64,000 nt of DNA, from IMG/VR virus record IMGVR_UViG_3300044614_001923, one strand, 5' to 3'. Source of the stretch: a virus (taxonomy: Duplodnaviria; Caudoviricetes). Shown piece after piece: positions 1-8,701 of this stretch. Under the pieces are notes generated by a model, which worked only from the letters and a program-made list of their open reading frames with translations, made no database searches and was not told the DNA's origin. Numbering within the stretch: the first letter of the stretch is position 1; each line of letters begins with the position of its first letter. Both the position numbers and the translations under genes were made by a program.

Positions 1-334
1 CAATTACAAATATATCATCCGTTACAAGTGGAGGATTTGTAAAAATGATAGAACTTCCAGAAACAACAAAATCTTCTGAAGGTTCTAAGAAATAATTATT
101 TTTCCCAACTAATAGTTGCTGATCATTGATTGGAGTATATGGTGTTCCATCATCATATAAAGAAAATGTCCTACCAATGCCATTAAATCCTGAAGAAATA
201 TCGTCAAGAATAATATTATTATACTGTATTGATTTTGACGGAACTTCAAAGTTAACATCAACTCCATATTTTGGAGGAGTTGATACCGTAACTCTTTTCC
301 TATTATGAGAAATGGTTACATCGTATTTTGTCAT
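1..334 (-). CDS. Virion structural protein, baseplate/tail-type repeat (C-terminus beyond window edge)
   Basis: Manual translation from ATG at 334 (ATGA overlap with stop of 331..666): MTKYDVTISHNRK...ILDDISSGFNGIGRTFSLYDDGTPYTP...FTNPP, open to base 1. The LDDISS-FNG motif is typical of cyanomyovirus structural proteins. Confidence 0.6.
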   Translation of the reverse strand, partial: MTKYDVTISHNRKRVTVSTPPKYGVDVNFEVPSKSIQYNNIILDDISSGFNGIGRTFSLYDDGTPYTPINDQQLLVGKNNYFLEPSEDFVVSGSSIIFTNPPLVTDDIFVI

Positions 335-666
335 AGAGTAACTCCTGGATTAACTAAGATATTACCCTGTATTACTCTAGTTTTAAATCCAGTACCAGAT
401 GTCAATAAAACGTCATACATATGCCTACCTTCTTTTAAGGTCTCAGTCACAGAACTTGCCATTGATACTGTAATTTCACCAGCAATTCTATCCACAAAAG
501 TAACATCAAATGGATAGGAAGTTGTTGATCTTGGATGTTTTTTTAAAAAACATTCAGCAGTATAATCAGTCAAGTTTAAAGGAGTACCATCATCATTTCT
601 GATGGTAAAATCAACGTCAAAGTCTGAACCTTGCTCAAGCACTAGATTTATATTAATTGCAGACAT
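331..666 (-). CDS. Conserved cyanophage structural-type protein (LEQGSDF...YDV motif)
   Basis: 111-aa ORF with beta-sandwich-like pattern seen in phage baseplate upper-type proteins. Confidence 0.55.
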   Translation of the reverse strand: MSAININLVLEQGSDFDVDFTIRNDDGTPLNLTDYTAECFLKKHPRSTTSYPFDVTFVDRIAGEITVSMASSVTETLKEGRHMYDVLLTSGTGFKTRVIQGNILVNPGVTL

Positions 667-698
667 TAACCTTTTTTACTATTCTTATATCTTATTTA

Positions 699-1070
699 TT
701 AAGTAGCATTGTTCCTTCTGCTGCCATAAGAATACAAATTTTTTGGTTTTTCTGGTTCCATCCATTCTAATATTTTTTGATATCTACCTAGATCAAAAAA
801 ATACTGAGAGTTGTACCATACTTCCCATGAAGTGTGTCCTTTGTCATGGTTGCAAGTTCGGCAACAACAGACAACATTTTTAGTTTCATCTGGACCTCCT
901 TTTGATTGAGGAACAACATGGTCCAGAGTTAAATTTTCAGTGGAACCACAATATGCACATTCGTGATTCCACCTTTCTTTTATACTTCGCCTCCACATTC
1001 GTTTTGCTTCTGATGAACTTGTAGTTTGAAGATTGTACAAGTACTGTCTCGGAGAAGCGAAGAGTTCCAT
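699..1070 (-). CDS. HNH endonuclease
   Basis: CAYCG...LTLDHVVPQSKGG...NVVCCCRTCNHDKG. Confidence 0.9.
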   Translation of the reverse strand: MELFASPRQYLYNLQTTSSSEAKRMWRRSIKERWNHECAYCGSTENLTLDHVVPQSKGGPDETKNVVCCCRTCNHDKGHTSWEVWYNSQYFFDLGRYQKILEWMEPEKPKNLYSYGSRRNNAT

Positions 1071-1104
1071 AAGATCTTGCGTCTTATGAGTATTTATTTA
1101 CTTT

Positions 1105-1425
1105 TCAAAATAAAAGAGGTTCCGATTGTCCTTCGGGTAACCATACTTGCTGCTGAAGATCTATGGGTGGAAGTTCTTCTTTTGCAGAAGGTAAACCTTG
1201 CTGTCCTGGAAGTTGCTTATCTGTGGTTGATGTTACAGTGATCACTTGATCCATAATGAATTTTTGTTTTCTATAAGATCTTTTATCTGGATCAAATTCA
1301 AACATCATTCTAGCATCCATTTCTTCACCACAGTGAGCAATCACTCTACCTGTAGTTTTTTCTATTACTACCCAATAATCATACATGATGCTGTTTAAGT
1401 TCTGGATTTGGTTGAGAAGGAACAA
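1105..1425 (-). CDS. Hypothetical protein (start may be the internal MYDYW Met)
   Basis: ORF in operon orientation, overlapping the neighbouring ORF end. Confidence 0.6.
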   Translation of the reverse strand: MFLLNQIQNLNSIMYDYWVVIEKTTGRVIAHCGEEMDARMMFEFDPDKRSYRKQKFIMDQVITVTSTTDKQLPGQQGLPSAKEELPPIDLQQQVWLPEGQSEPLLF

Positions 1426-1636
1426 CAGGATTCCTCGATTTGTTTTTAATTACAATAAAAGCATCATTTTGATAGGACACCGTTCCAAATGGTTTTGCCC
1501 ACTTAGGATTTGCATCTGGGTTTGTAGCAGTTCCTGTGACTGCTACACCACCAATCTCAACAGAGATTTCATCATTGGCGTCCCATCCAAGTTTTTCAAG
1601 GGCAAGAGCAAACTGCCCAAGCATTCCAGCAGTCAC
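1379..1636 (-). CDS. Conserved cyanophage hypothetical protein
   Basis: 85 aa, ATGA-type overlap with petF stop. Confidence 0.7.
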   Translation of the reverse strand: MTAGMLGQFALALEKLGWDANDEISVEIGGVAVTGTATNPDANPKWAKPFGTVSYQNDAFIVIKNKSRNPVVPSQPNPELKQHHV

Positions 1637-1926
1637 AGATTTTCCTCTTGTTCAGTTAGAATTACACAGTCGCTAGTAGGATATGCTACACAAGTCAGCA
1701 CCCATCCTTCAGCAATTTGATCATCATCTAGGAAAGATTGTTCTTCATTATCCACTGTGCCACTAATCAGTTTACCAGCACAAGCACTACAGGCGCCTGC
1801 CTTACAGGATGAAGGGAGGTCAACACCTGCCTCTTCTGCTGCCTCAAGAATATATTGATCATCGGGACACTGAATAGTGGTTTCAGTACCGTCAGGAGAT
1901 TGAAGAGTAACGTTGTAAGTAGTCAT
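1633..1926 (-). CDS. petF: Plant-type [2Fe-2S] ferredoxin
   Basis: [14 protein letters not shown]...[11 protein letters not shown]. Confidence 0.97.
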   Translation of the reverse strand: MTTYNVTLQSPDGTETTIQCPDDQYILEAAEEAGVDLPSSCKAGACSACAGKLISGTVDNEEQSFLDDDQIAEGWVLTCVAYPTSDCVILTEQEENL

Positions 1927-1934
1927 TTTTAATA

Positions 1935-2594
1935 TCAGTTAGTAGTAGAGTTAATAGATTCCCAATCTTTTTGGAAGATTTCAAGACCTTTATCAGTCAA
2001 GACATGCTTGTACATTTCCCAAAAAACATTAGGTGGGATAGTGGCAACTTGAGCACCTTCATGGAATGCCGTAGAAACTTGATGAGCATTTCTGATAGAT
2101 GCAGCAAGAACCATAGTTGGGCATCCATGAATACGATAAACGTTGGCAATGCCAGAGACAAGATCCATTCCACTGAAGGAATTATCATCAAGTCTTCCAA
2201 CAAAAGGAGAAACATAAGTTGCTCCTGCTTTTGCAGCTAAGACAGACTGAGCTGCTGAAAAAATAAGAGTTACGTTTGTTGTGATTTGTTCTTTAGATAA
2301 TTGTCGACAAACTTTTAAACCATCTATAGTGCATGGAACTTTAATTGTAACATTGTTTGAAATTTTATGAAGATCATATGCTTGGGTAAGCATATCTTCT
2401 ACAGTATCTGCAACAACTTCTGCAGAAATACTTACAAGATCAGGAAACTCAGAGGCAATCTCTTTAATTACTTGATCATATTTTTTTCCACTCCTAGCAA
2501 CTAAAGTTGGATTTGTGGTGACTCCATCAATTAATCCTGTATCATATGCTTTGGCAATTTGCACTACATCAGCAGTGTCAAGAAAAATTCTCAT
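1935..2594 (-). CDS. talC: Transaldolase (TalC/Fsa family)
   Basis: [45 protein letters not shown]. Confidence 0.96.
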   Translation of the reverse strand: MRIFLDTADVVQIAKAYDTGLIDGVTTNPTLVARSGKKYDQVIKEIASEFPDLVSISAEVVADTVEDMLTQAYDLHKISNNVTIKVPCTIDGLKVCRQLSKEQITTNVTLIFSAAQSVLAAKAGATYVSPFVGRLDDNSFSGMDLVSGIANVYRIHGCPTMVLAASIRNAHQVSTAFHEGAQVATIPPNVFWEMYKHVLTDKGLEIFQKDWESINSTTN

Positions 2595-2665
2595 GTCTAA
2601 AACTAAACTCCATCTAATTATAACAGAAAAAAGTTAATACGCAAATAAATGTCATGAAATAATGA

Positions 2666-3214
2666 TCAAACTAAAAGACCTTTAAGTAGATGTGTTGCCT
2701 CAGAAAACCTATCAACATAATGAATGAGTTTTATTTCCTCATTATTCATAAATCCATTATCTAACATTTCATCCTCAATCCAATGCTTCAATGTTCTCCA
2801 CATTCTACCAACACAAATGATTGGTTTTCTATCAATATGATTTACTTGAACTAACTGATAGATCATTGCCATTTCAAGAAGAGTTCCAATGCCACCAGGA
2901 GTTACAATAAAAGCATCACAATTAGCAAAGGTTTTCAACCTCGAGTAAAATGTTTGATGCTTTTCATATTCCTGAACATAAGGATTTACGTCATCTTCAA
3001 ATGGAAGATAGATTGCTTCAGCGACAGAGCAAAGTGAATTTTCTGAGCAGGCACTCATTGCTCCCTTATTAGCTGCTTCCATAGTTCCTGGACCACCCCC
3101 AGTAACTACTACCCATCCCTCAGATGCAATATTTTTTCCAAGTTTTTCTACAGCATTATAAAGACCAGAATCAGGACTTGTTCTTGCCGATCCAAAGATT
3201 GCTACTTTTTTCAT
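2666..3214 (-). CDS. LOG-family nucleotide 5'-monophosphate phosphoribohydrolase
   Basis: FGSAR, TGGGPGTMEAAN, PGGIGTLLE motifs. Confidence 0.85.
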   Translation of the reverse strand: MKKVAIFGSARTSPDSGLYNAVEKLGKNIASEGWVVVTGGGPGTMEAANKGAMSACSENSLCSVAEAIYLPFEDDVNPYVQEYEKHQTFYSRLKTFANCDAFIVTPGGIGTLLEMAMIYQLVQVNHIDRKPIICVGRMWRTLKHWIEDEMLDNGFMNNEEIKLIHYVDRFSEATHLLKGLLV

Positions 3215-3218
3215 AAGA

Positions 3219-3377
3219 TTAAATTTTATTTTTTACTTTATCATGTTTTTTAGAACATGCATCTCTTGCCCACAATCTAGATAAACTATTCACATAAGAA
3301 CAAGATTTCTTAGATTTTCCACAATAAGGGCACTTTTCATCTGGAGGATCACTAATATATCCATCAGGAGTATACAT
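3219..3377 (-). CDS. Small Cys-containing hypothetical protein (52 aa)
   Basis: Manual translation MYTPDGYISDPPDEKCPYCGKSKKSCSYVNSLSRLWARDACSKKHDKVKNKI*. Confidence 0.55.
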   Translation of the reverse strand: MYTPDGYISDPPDEKCPYCGKSKKSCSYVNSLSRLWARDACSKKHDKVKNKI

Positions 3378-3529
3378 CCTTTTTCTTTTTTGATTCTCTA
3401 ATTATTTAAGTTTTCTTATGTTCATTTTGATTTTTCTTATTATAAGACACTTTAACAGGTCTATAAAGTTGTGGCCAAGTGTCTCTAATAATCTCAGCAA
3501 GTTTATAAGGTGTTTCTGAACTAATCATT

Positions 3530-3551
3530 AAAAAAGGGAGGTCTCCCTCCC
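3530..3551 (-). terminator. Intrinsic terminator after psbD
   Basis: GGGAG...CTCCC hairpin followed by T-run on the minus strand. Confidence 0.7.
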
Positions 3552-3557
3552 AGTATA

Positions 3558-4619
3558 TCATAGAGCGTTACCTCTAGGCAAGACTTCCTCTGGGAACACA
3601 AAGTTCTCATGAGGTTGGTCTACTGGAGCCATCCAAGCACGAAGTCCTTCGTTGAGTAGAATGTTCTTTGTATAGAACGTTTCAAACTCAGGATCTTCTG
3701 CTGCTCGGATCTCCTGACTTACAAAGTCGTAAGCACGAAGATTAAGAGCCAGACCAATAATACCAATGCTACTAGTCCATAACCCCATGACAGGTACAAA
3801 CAACATGAAAAAATGAAGCCAACGCTTATTACTAAAAGCAATGCCGAAAATCTGTGACCAAAAACGATTTGCTGTAACCATCGAATAGGTCTCTTCCTCT
3901 TGCGTAGGTTCAAATGCTTTGAAAGTGTTTGCTTGATCACTATCTTCAAATAAAGTGTTTTCTACAGTTGCTCCATGAATTGCACAGAGCAATGCTCCTC
4001 CCAGTATACCAGCAACTCCCATCATATGGAAGGGGTTGAGTGTCCAGTTATGGAAACCCTGAAGGAACAGAAGGAACCTGAAGATAGCAGCAACACCAAA
4101 TGAAGGTGCAAAGAACCAACTGGATTGTCCCAGTGGATACATCAAGAATACAGAAACGAATACTGCGATAGGACCAGAGAATGCGATTGCGTTATAAGGA
4201 CGGATGCCTACAAGACGGGCAATCTCAAACTGACGCAGCATGAATCCAATCAAACTAAAGGCGCCGTGGAGTGCCACAAAAGTCCAGAGTCCCCCAAGTT
4301 GGAACCACCTGACGATATCCCCTTGAGCCTCAGGACCCCAGAGCAGAAGAAGAGAATGACCCATAGAATCTGCTGGAGTACTAACTGCCGCAGTAAGAAA
4401 GTTTGCACCCTCAAGATAGGAGGATACAATTCCATGAGTGTACCAACTCGTAACGAAAGTTGTCCCAGTAAGCCAACCACCAAGAGCAAGATAAGCTGTG
4501 GGAAAAAGAAGAAGTCCAGACCAGCCAACAAAAACGAAACGGTCTCTTTTAAGCCAGTCATCGAGTACATCAAACCATCCTCGTTGTGAAATAGGTTGTG
4601 AAAGTGTTGAAGAAGTCAT
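3558..4619 (-). CDS. psbD: Photosystem II D2 protein
   Basis: [21 protein letters not shown]...[10 protein letters not shown]. Start placed at MTSST (4619) because GGAGG lies just upstream. Confidence 0.98.
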   Translation of the reverse strand: MTSSTLSQPISQRGWFDVLDDWLKRDRFVFVGWSGLLLFPTAYLALGGWLTGTTFVTSWYTHGIVSSYLEGANFLTAAVSTPADSMGHSLLLLWGPEAQGDIVRWFQLGGLWTFVALHGAFSLIGFMLRQFEIARLVGIRPYNAIAFSGPIAVFVSVFLMYPLGQSSWFFAPSFGVAAIFRFLLFLQGFHNWTLNPFHMMGVAGILGGALLCAIHGATVENTLFEDSDQANTFKAFEPTQEEETYSMVTANRFWSQIFGIAFSNKRWLHFFMLFVPVMGLWTSSIGIIGLALNLRAYDFVSQEIRAAEDPEFETFYTKNILLNEGLRAWMAPVDQPHENFVFPEEVLPRGNAL

Positions 4620-4639
4620 AGCCTCCATTGTATTTCTCA

Positions 4640-4673
4640 TATTTATGTTAACATTCCTTAACAAAAGAGTCAA
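4640..4673 (-). promoter_or_regulatory. psbD promoter: TTGACT-17-TAACAT plus T4-type late TAAATA, with HLR1-like repeats
   Basis: Read directly from sequence; 10-bp-period GTTAACAT/CTTAACAA. Confidence 0.55.
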
Positions 4674-4682
4674 TGAGTCTTT

Positions 4683-5471
4683 CTACTCAAAGAAATTATC
4701 AAGAGGGAAAAATGATGAGATACGTCGTTGCGCCATATCAATATACTCTTGATGAATCTCAATTCCAAGATAATGACGTTTAAGATCAATACATGAAATA
4801 GCAGTCGTCCCACTGCCCATAAAAGGATCTAAAACTACGTCACCAACGTAGGAATAGTATTTTACAATTTTATCGCTAAGTTCTTTTGGATATGGGGCAA
4901 GATGTTTGGATGCAGTTTCTGGGTTTATCTTCCAAACATTGGATCTCTCATATTCTTCCTTAACCAAAGAACTTTCCAATATATCCCCACCATATGATCT
5001 AACAACTTTATCAATTAAAAAGTCTGCTGGCTTTTGAAAGATAAAAATTGTTTCAGTTACAATATTTGGTTTATATGCAACAGGTTTGCGGTGCTGATAA
5101 AACCCACCATTACGATTAATTGATGCCCCTTCTGGTTTCAACCAGACAATATCATCAATATACTTCCATCCCATAGACTCCATCAAGGAAAAAAAATGAA
5201 ATGGAATAGCAAGTCTTTTACTTTCATGTGATCGAGACTGTCTTGCCTCAATTACAGGAGACAAATTGACAGCACACATTCTTCCTGGTTTAGTAACTCT
5301 TAAAACTTCTTTAAAGACATCAGAAAGAAACTGCAAATATTCACCATATGTTGGCCAAATAGAATATGATCTAGCATTATAATATGGAGGAGAAGTGCAT
5401 GTCAGATGTACGCTTTCTTCCCCAAGAGTTTTTAAAATTTTAGAACAGTCGCCAAGAAGAATTTGATCCAT
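4683..5471 (-). CDS. DNA methyltransferase, N4-C/N6-A beta class
   Basis: TCTSPPYY catalytic motif followed by VLDPFMGSGTT SAM-binding motif. Confidence 0.92.
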   Translation of the reverse strand: MDQILLGDCSKILKTLGEESVHLTCTSPPYYNARSYSIWPTYGEYLQFLSDVFKEVLRVTKPGRMCAVNLSPVIEARQSRSHESKRLAIPFHFFSLMESMGWKYIDDIVWLKPEGASINRNGGFYQHRKPVAYKPNIVTETIFIFQKPADFLIDKVVRSYGGDILESSLVKEEYERSNVWKINPETASKHLAPYPKELSDKIVKYYSYVGDVVLDPFMGSGTTAISCIDLKRHYLGIEIHQEYIDMAQRRISSFFPLDNFFE

Positions 5472-5534
5472 TCAATACAACGAGAAGTAAATATTTTAAC
5501 AATAATTAAAGTAAGTGTCAAATTGTCTTATCCG

Positions 5535-5657
5535 TCATCCCCAATAAATTTGCCCAAGAGTGAATAAGACAAATACAAGGACTGTGAATACCATCATACC
5601 TACACCTGCCCAGATTACCCAGTTAGGTACAGGTTCGTGTTGATTATTATGAGACAT
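5535..5657 (-). CDS. Small single-TM protein (40 aa)
   Basis: Manual translation MSHNNQHEPVPNWVIWAGVGMMVFTVLVFVLFTLGQIYWG*. Confidence 0.65.
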   Translation of the reverse strand: MSHNNQHEPVPNWVIWAGVGMMVFTVLVFVLFTLGQIYWG

Positions 5658-5683
5658 AAAAAAGAGGGTTGTTACACCCTCTT
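5658..5683 (-). terminator. Intrinsic terminator after psbA
   Basis: AAGAGGG...CCCTCTT hairpin plus T-run. Confidence 0.75.
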
Positions 5684-5707
5684 ATTATATCAGTTATTCA
5701 GTTTTTA

Positions 5708-6787
5708 TCAACCGATGCTAGGAGCAGTGAGAGCAACAGGAGTGTTCTCAGCAGCAGCAAGGTCAAGAGGGAAGTTGTGAGCGTTACGCTCGTGCATGAC
5801 TTCCATACCCAGACCAGCGCGGTTCAGAACGTCTGCCCAAGTGTTGAGTACACGACCCTGACTGTCAATGATGGACTGGTTGAAGTTGAAACCGTTGAGG
5901 TTGAACGCCATAGTGCTAACACCAAGAGCAGTGAACCAGATTCCTACAACGGGCCAAGCAGCAAGGAAGAAGTGCAGTGAACGTGAGTTATTGAAGGAAG
6001 CATATTGGAAAATAAGGCGTCCGAAATAACCGTGAGCAGCTACAATGTTGTAGGTCTCTTCTTCTTGTCCGAACTTGTATCCATAGTTCTGTGACTCATT
6101 TTCTGTCGTCTCACGTACAAGACTAGAGGTGACAAGAGATCCGTGCATAGCAGAGAAAAGAGAACCACCGAAGACACCAGCAACTCCCAACATGTGGAAA
6201 GGATGCATAAGAATGTTGTGTTCTGCCTGGAAAACAAGCATGTAGTTGAAAGTTCCCGAAATCCCAAGAGGCATAGCGTCACTGAAGGATCCTTGACCAA
6301 AGGGATAGACCAGGAACACTGCAGAAGCAGCAGCAACGGGTGCAGAGTAGGCAACACAAATCCAAGGACGCATACCGAGTCGGTAAGAAAGTTCCCATTC
6401 GCGTCCCATGTAAGCATAGATGCCAATCAGAAAGTGGAATACGACCAGTTGGAAAGGTCCACCATTATATAGCCACTCATCTAGGGAAGCAGCTTCCCAA
6501 ATAGGATAAAAGTGTAGTCCAATTGCATTAGAAGAAGGAACAACGGCACCAGAGATAATGTTGTTTCCGTACATGAGTGAACCAGCAACGGGTTCGCGGA
6601 TGCCATCAATGTCTACAGGGGGAGCACCAATGAATGCGATGATAAAACAAGTAGCAGCAGCAAGCAGCGTTGGAATCATTAGGACACCAAACCAACCCAC
6701 ATAAATGCGATTGTCGGTACTGGTGATCCACTCGCAGAATTGTTCCCAAGTATTTGATTGTCGTTGACGTGAAATTGTAGCAGTCAT
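5708..6787 (-). CDS. psbA: Photosystem II D1 protein (intron-free)
   Basis: [14 protein letters not shown]...[13 protein letters not shown]; continuous 359-aa ORF. Confidence 0.99.
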   Translation of the reverse strand: MTATISRQRQSNTWEQFCEWITSTDNRIYVGWFGVLMIPTLLAAATCFIIAFIGAPPVDIDGIREPVAGSLMYGNNIISGAVVPSSNAIGLHFYPIWEAASLDEWLYNGGPFQLVVFHFLIGIYAYMGREWELSYRLGMRPWICVAYSAPVAAASAVFLVYPFGQGSFSDAMPLGISGTFNYMLVFQAEHNILMHPFHMLGVAGVFGGSLFSAMHGSLVTSSLVRETTENESQNYGYKFGQEEETYNIVAAHGYFGRLIFQYASFNNSRSLHFFLAAWPVVGIWFTALGVSTMAFNLNGFNFNQSIIDSQGRVLNTWADVLNRAGLGMEVMHERNAHNFPLDLAAAENTPVALTAPSIG

Positions 6788-6789
6788 TT

Positions 6790-6905
6790 TTCGTAAAAGG
6801 GTAAGTAAAAGTCCAGGGGGGACTGGATGGTTACAGTATTTCCCACAACACCCTCCATTGTGGGTATGAGAGACGTAATTTATACTCCCATAGGTCTCGG
6901 TTAGC
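6790..6905 (-). ncRNA. Structured psbA leader, PhotoRC-II-like motif
   Basis: GAGAC...GTCTC stem, CCCACAA...TTGTGGG stem and TCCAG...CTGGA stem in the 5' UTR of phage psbA. Family name recalled from memory. Confidence 0.6.
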
Positions 6906-6909
6906 GGGA

Positions 6910-6987
6910 GTTACAAAGATTAAGAATGTGTTACATTCCTTAACCTGTTGATGTATTTATCATAACATTGTTTCGAAATCCTGTCAA
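6910..6987 (-). promoter_or_regulatory. psbA promoter: TTGACA-17-TATGAT, late ATAAATA, and HLR1-like direct repeats
   Basis: -35 at 6982-6987, -10 at 6959-6964, ATAAATA at 6954-6960, repeats at 6910-6947. Confidence 0.7.
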
Positions 6988-7086
6988 TAGGCCCAATTAC
7001 TCAGGTGGCACAGAGCAACAATTCTTTTAATCAACGTTACTTTTTAGAATCACTCTACTAAATACAGATGAACATAAAAACAAAAG

Positions 7087-7188
7087 ATGTCCAAGTCGCC
7101 AAACAAGAAGGGTAATAAAGGTCCTTCAAAACAAAATCAAGGTAATGCGACTGCGAAGAAAGCAAAGAACGGTGGTAAGAAAAAGTGA
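7087..7188 (+). CDS. Small Lys/Gly-rich basic peptide (33 aa)
   Basis: MSKSPNKKGNKGPSKQNQGNATAKKAKNGGKKK*; TAAATA late promoter at 7059-7064. Confidence 0.6.
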   Translation: MSKSPNKKGNKGPSKQNQGNATAKKAKNGGKKK

Positions 7189-7194
7189 GGTTAT

Positions 7195-7386
7195 ATGCCA
7201 CGCGAATGGAATACCCCCAAGCGTGAACCTTGGAACGCACCTATACATCAGATTCTCAAAGCAATAGACAATCACACTCACGAGTACTTCAAGAGTGGTG
7301 ATTTGTGGCATCTAGAAAAAGCAGATATGTTGAGACAATATCTTAGAGAACTTAAAAGTTGGATTCATAAACAAGAAGGAAGATGA
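7195..7386 (+). CDS. Conserved cyanophage hypothetical protein
   Basis: 63-aa ORF with GAGG RBS. Confidence 0.7.
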   Translation: MPREWNTPKREPWNAPIHQILKAIDNHTHEYFKSGDLWHLEKADMLRQYLRELKSWIHKQEGR

Positions 7387-7526
7387 ATGAAACTGTCTGG
7401 TCAGTTAATATATTGTTAGGTATTGGAATGATTTCAGTTGCTTACATAATCTACTACATACTTAAAGAAGCAACTCATGAGTTAAATGTACCAGTACAAA
7501 ATCAAAAAGATCAACAGAGTGATTGA
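7383..7526 (+). CDS. Small single-TM protein (47 aa)
   Basis: ATGA overlap; MNETVWSVNILLGIGMISVAYIIYYILKEATHE... Confidence 0.55.
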   Translation: MNETVWSVNILLGIGMISVAYIIYYILKEATHELNVPVQNQKDQQSD

Positions 7527-7824
7527 TGGAGATACTGTTGACGTTGATATTGATTTAGGTTTTAGTATTACAATCAAACAAAGAGTTCGTCTTAAAGATA
7601 TTGATGCTGCAGAAACAAGAACTATAAATCTTGAAGAAAAGCAAGCAGGTATAAACGCAAGACTTTGGTTGGAGAAAGAACTTTCCCGTGAAGGTGAATG
7701 GATTATTGAAACAACAAAAGAGGATAAGTATGGAAGAATACTTGGCACTCTTTATTTTGTCGGAGATCCTGTCACTGTAAATGAAAGAATGTTAAACGAA
7801 GGTATAGCAAAACCATACATCTAA
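7486..7824 (+). CDS. Thermonuclease (SNase-like) nuclease
   Basis: RVIDGDTVD, RVRLKDIDAAET, DKYGRILG. Confidence 0.88.
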   Translation: MYQYKIKKINRVIDGDTVDVDIDLGFSITIKQRVRLKDIDAAETRTINLEEKQAGINARLWLEKELSREGEWIIETTKEDKYGRILGTLYFVGDPVTVNERMLNEGIAKPYI

Positions 7825-7889
7825 AATGAAATCTACACTTCTCATTGGAGTATTAATTATGAGATTAATAACCAACGAGGGCATTTTCA

Positions 7890-8216
7890 ATGAAGGACGC
7901 AGACCACAACCAAGAAAACAATTCCCAGAACTCATCAGATTCATCAGAAGACCAGCAAAAAGAGGCAAGAAAAAATCGCGGTTCTATCTTGAACAAATTA
8001 ATCTTTGTTATTTGCTGCTCAGTAGTTGCATTTGTCGGAATGAACTTTGTTTCCTGCAACTTTATGCTTCCAGGTTCTATGAATGAAGCAAATGCTAAGG
8101 GAGAATTAAAAAATCCTCCTCCTTTAGATTGCAAAGAATCTGAAAGAAGAGGATATGAAACTTTATTAGCAATTTTAACTACAGTAATTGCACTAAGAAC
8201 TAAAATAGAAGATTAA
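7890..8216 (+). CDS. Two-TM membrane protein, holin-like candidate
   Basis: Hydrophobic segments LIFVICCSVVAFVGMNF and LLAILTTVIAL; converges on the lysozyme stop. Confidence 0.5.
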   Translation: MKDADHNQENNSQNSSDSSEDQQKEARKNRGSILNKLIFVICCSVVAFVGMNFVSCNFMLPGSMNEANAKGELKNPPPLDCKESERRGYETLLAILTTVIALRTKIED

Positions 8217-8700
8217 GAATTCCAAAGTTTACCTTCAGCAGTTCTTCTACGGGCAAGTCCTTTCTCTACGTTAGTTCCAGGATTGCGATAGAGATATAAA
8301 GCATCAGAAACTTTAGACCATTCTTTATTTTTAAGAACTCTAGTTATGGTATTAAAATTGGAAGACCCGTAAAAACCAGAACCAAGATTATAAGCAAAAG
8401 ATAGAAGAGCTCCTTGTTGATTTTCATTCATCTCATTCCAATAAGGGATTTTTTGAAGTGCAGGAAGAAATCTATGTTCAAGGTCAAATAATAATAATTT
8501 ATCAGCATATTCTTGTGTTATTTTCTTTCCAAGCATAAACGTAGATCCATTAAAATCTTTTGTACTTCCCCACCCAATCGTGATTGGTTCCTTTTTAGTA
8601 AGTGGATCTGGATATGCATATAAATGACACCCCTCAAATTCTCTAATTAAATCAACACCACATTGAGGAATTTTTAATTGTGGTGTTGATTCTACTTTTT
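8213..8700 (-). CDS. GH24 lysozyme domain with no own start codon; reachable by -1 frameshift from 8692..9411
   Basis: Frame open from 8703: KKVESTPQLKIPQCGVDLIREFEGCHLYAYPDPLTKKEPITIGWGST...FMLGKK. The E-x8-D-x-T-like catalytic region lies upstream of the only ATG (8536). Confidence 0.85.
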
Positions 8701-8701
8701 T
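8650..8701 (-). promoter_or_regulatory. Candidate -1 programmed ribosomal frameshift signal
   Basis: A_AAA_AAG at 8701-8695, then TAG, then a 13-bp perfect inverted repeat (8679-8691 with 8650-8662). Confidence 0.7.

Noticed and set aside
4620-4673. Extended psbD N-terminus (MTLLLRNV...)
   Set aside because: This region is the promoter/RBS; GGAGG precedes MTSST
5669-6472. Plus-strand ORFs antisense to psbA (and similar ones over psbD, pstS, porin, nrdA, gnd)
   Set aside because: Shadow ORFs expected from the codon bias of higher-GC conserved genes; no RBS or recognisable motifs
5708-6787. Possible group I intron in psbA, or inteins/introns in nrdA, nrdB and gp43
   Set aside because: All are continuous ORFs of normal length with contiguous motifs
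7826-8134. Alternative-frame ORFs overlapping 7890..8216
   Set aside because: The 108-aa ORF has coherent TM architecture and a stop coupled to the lysozyme; the others look like frame shadows
8213-8536. ORF-track 107-aa lysozyme starting at MLGKK
   Set aside because: The catalytic region (IREFEG...YPDP...TIGWG) lies upstream in the same frame, so this start would give an inactive fragment
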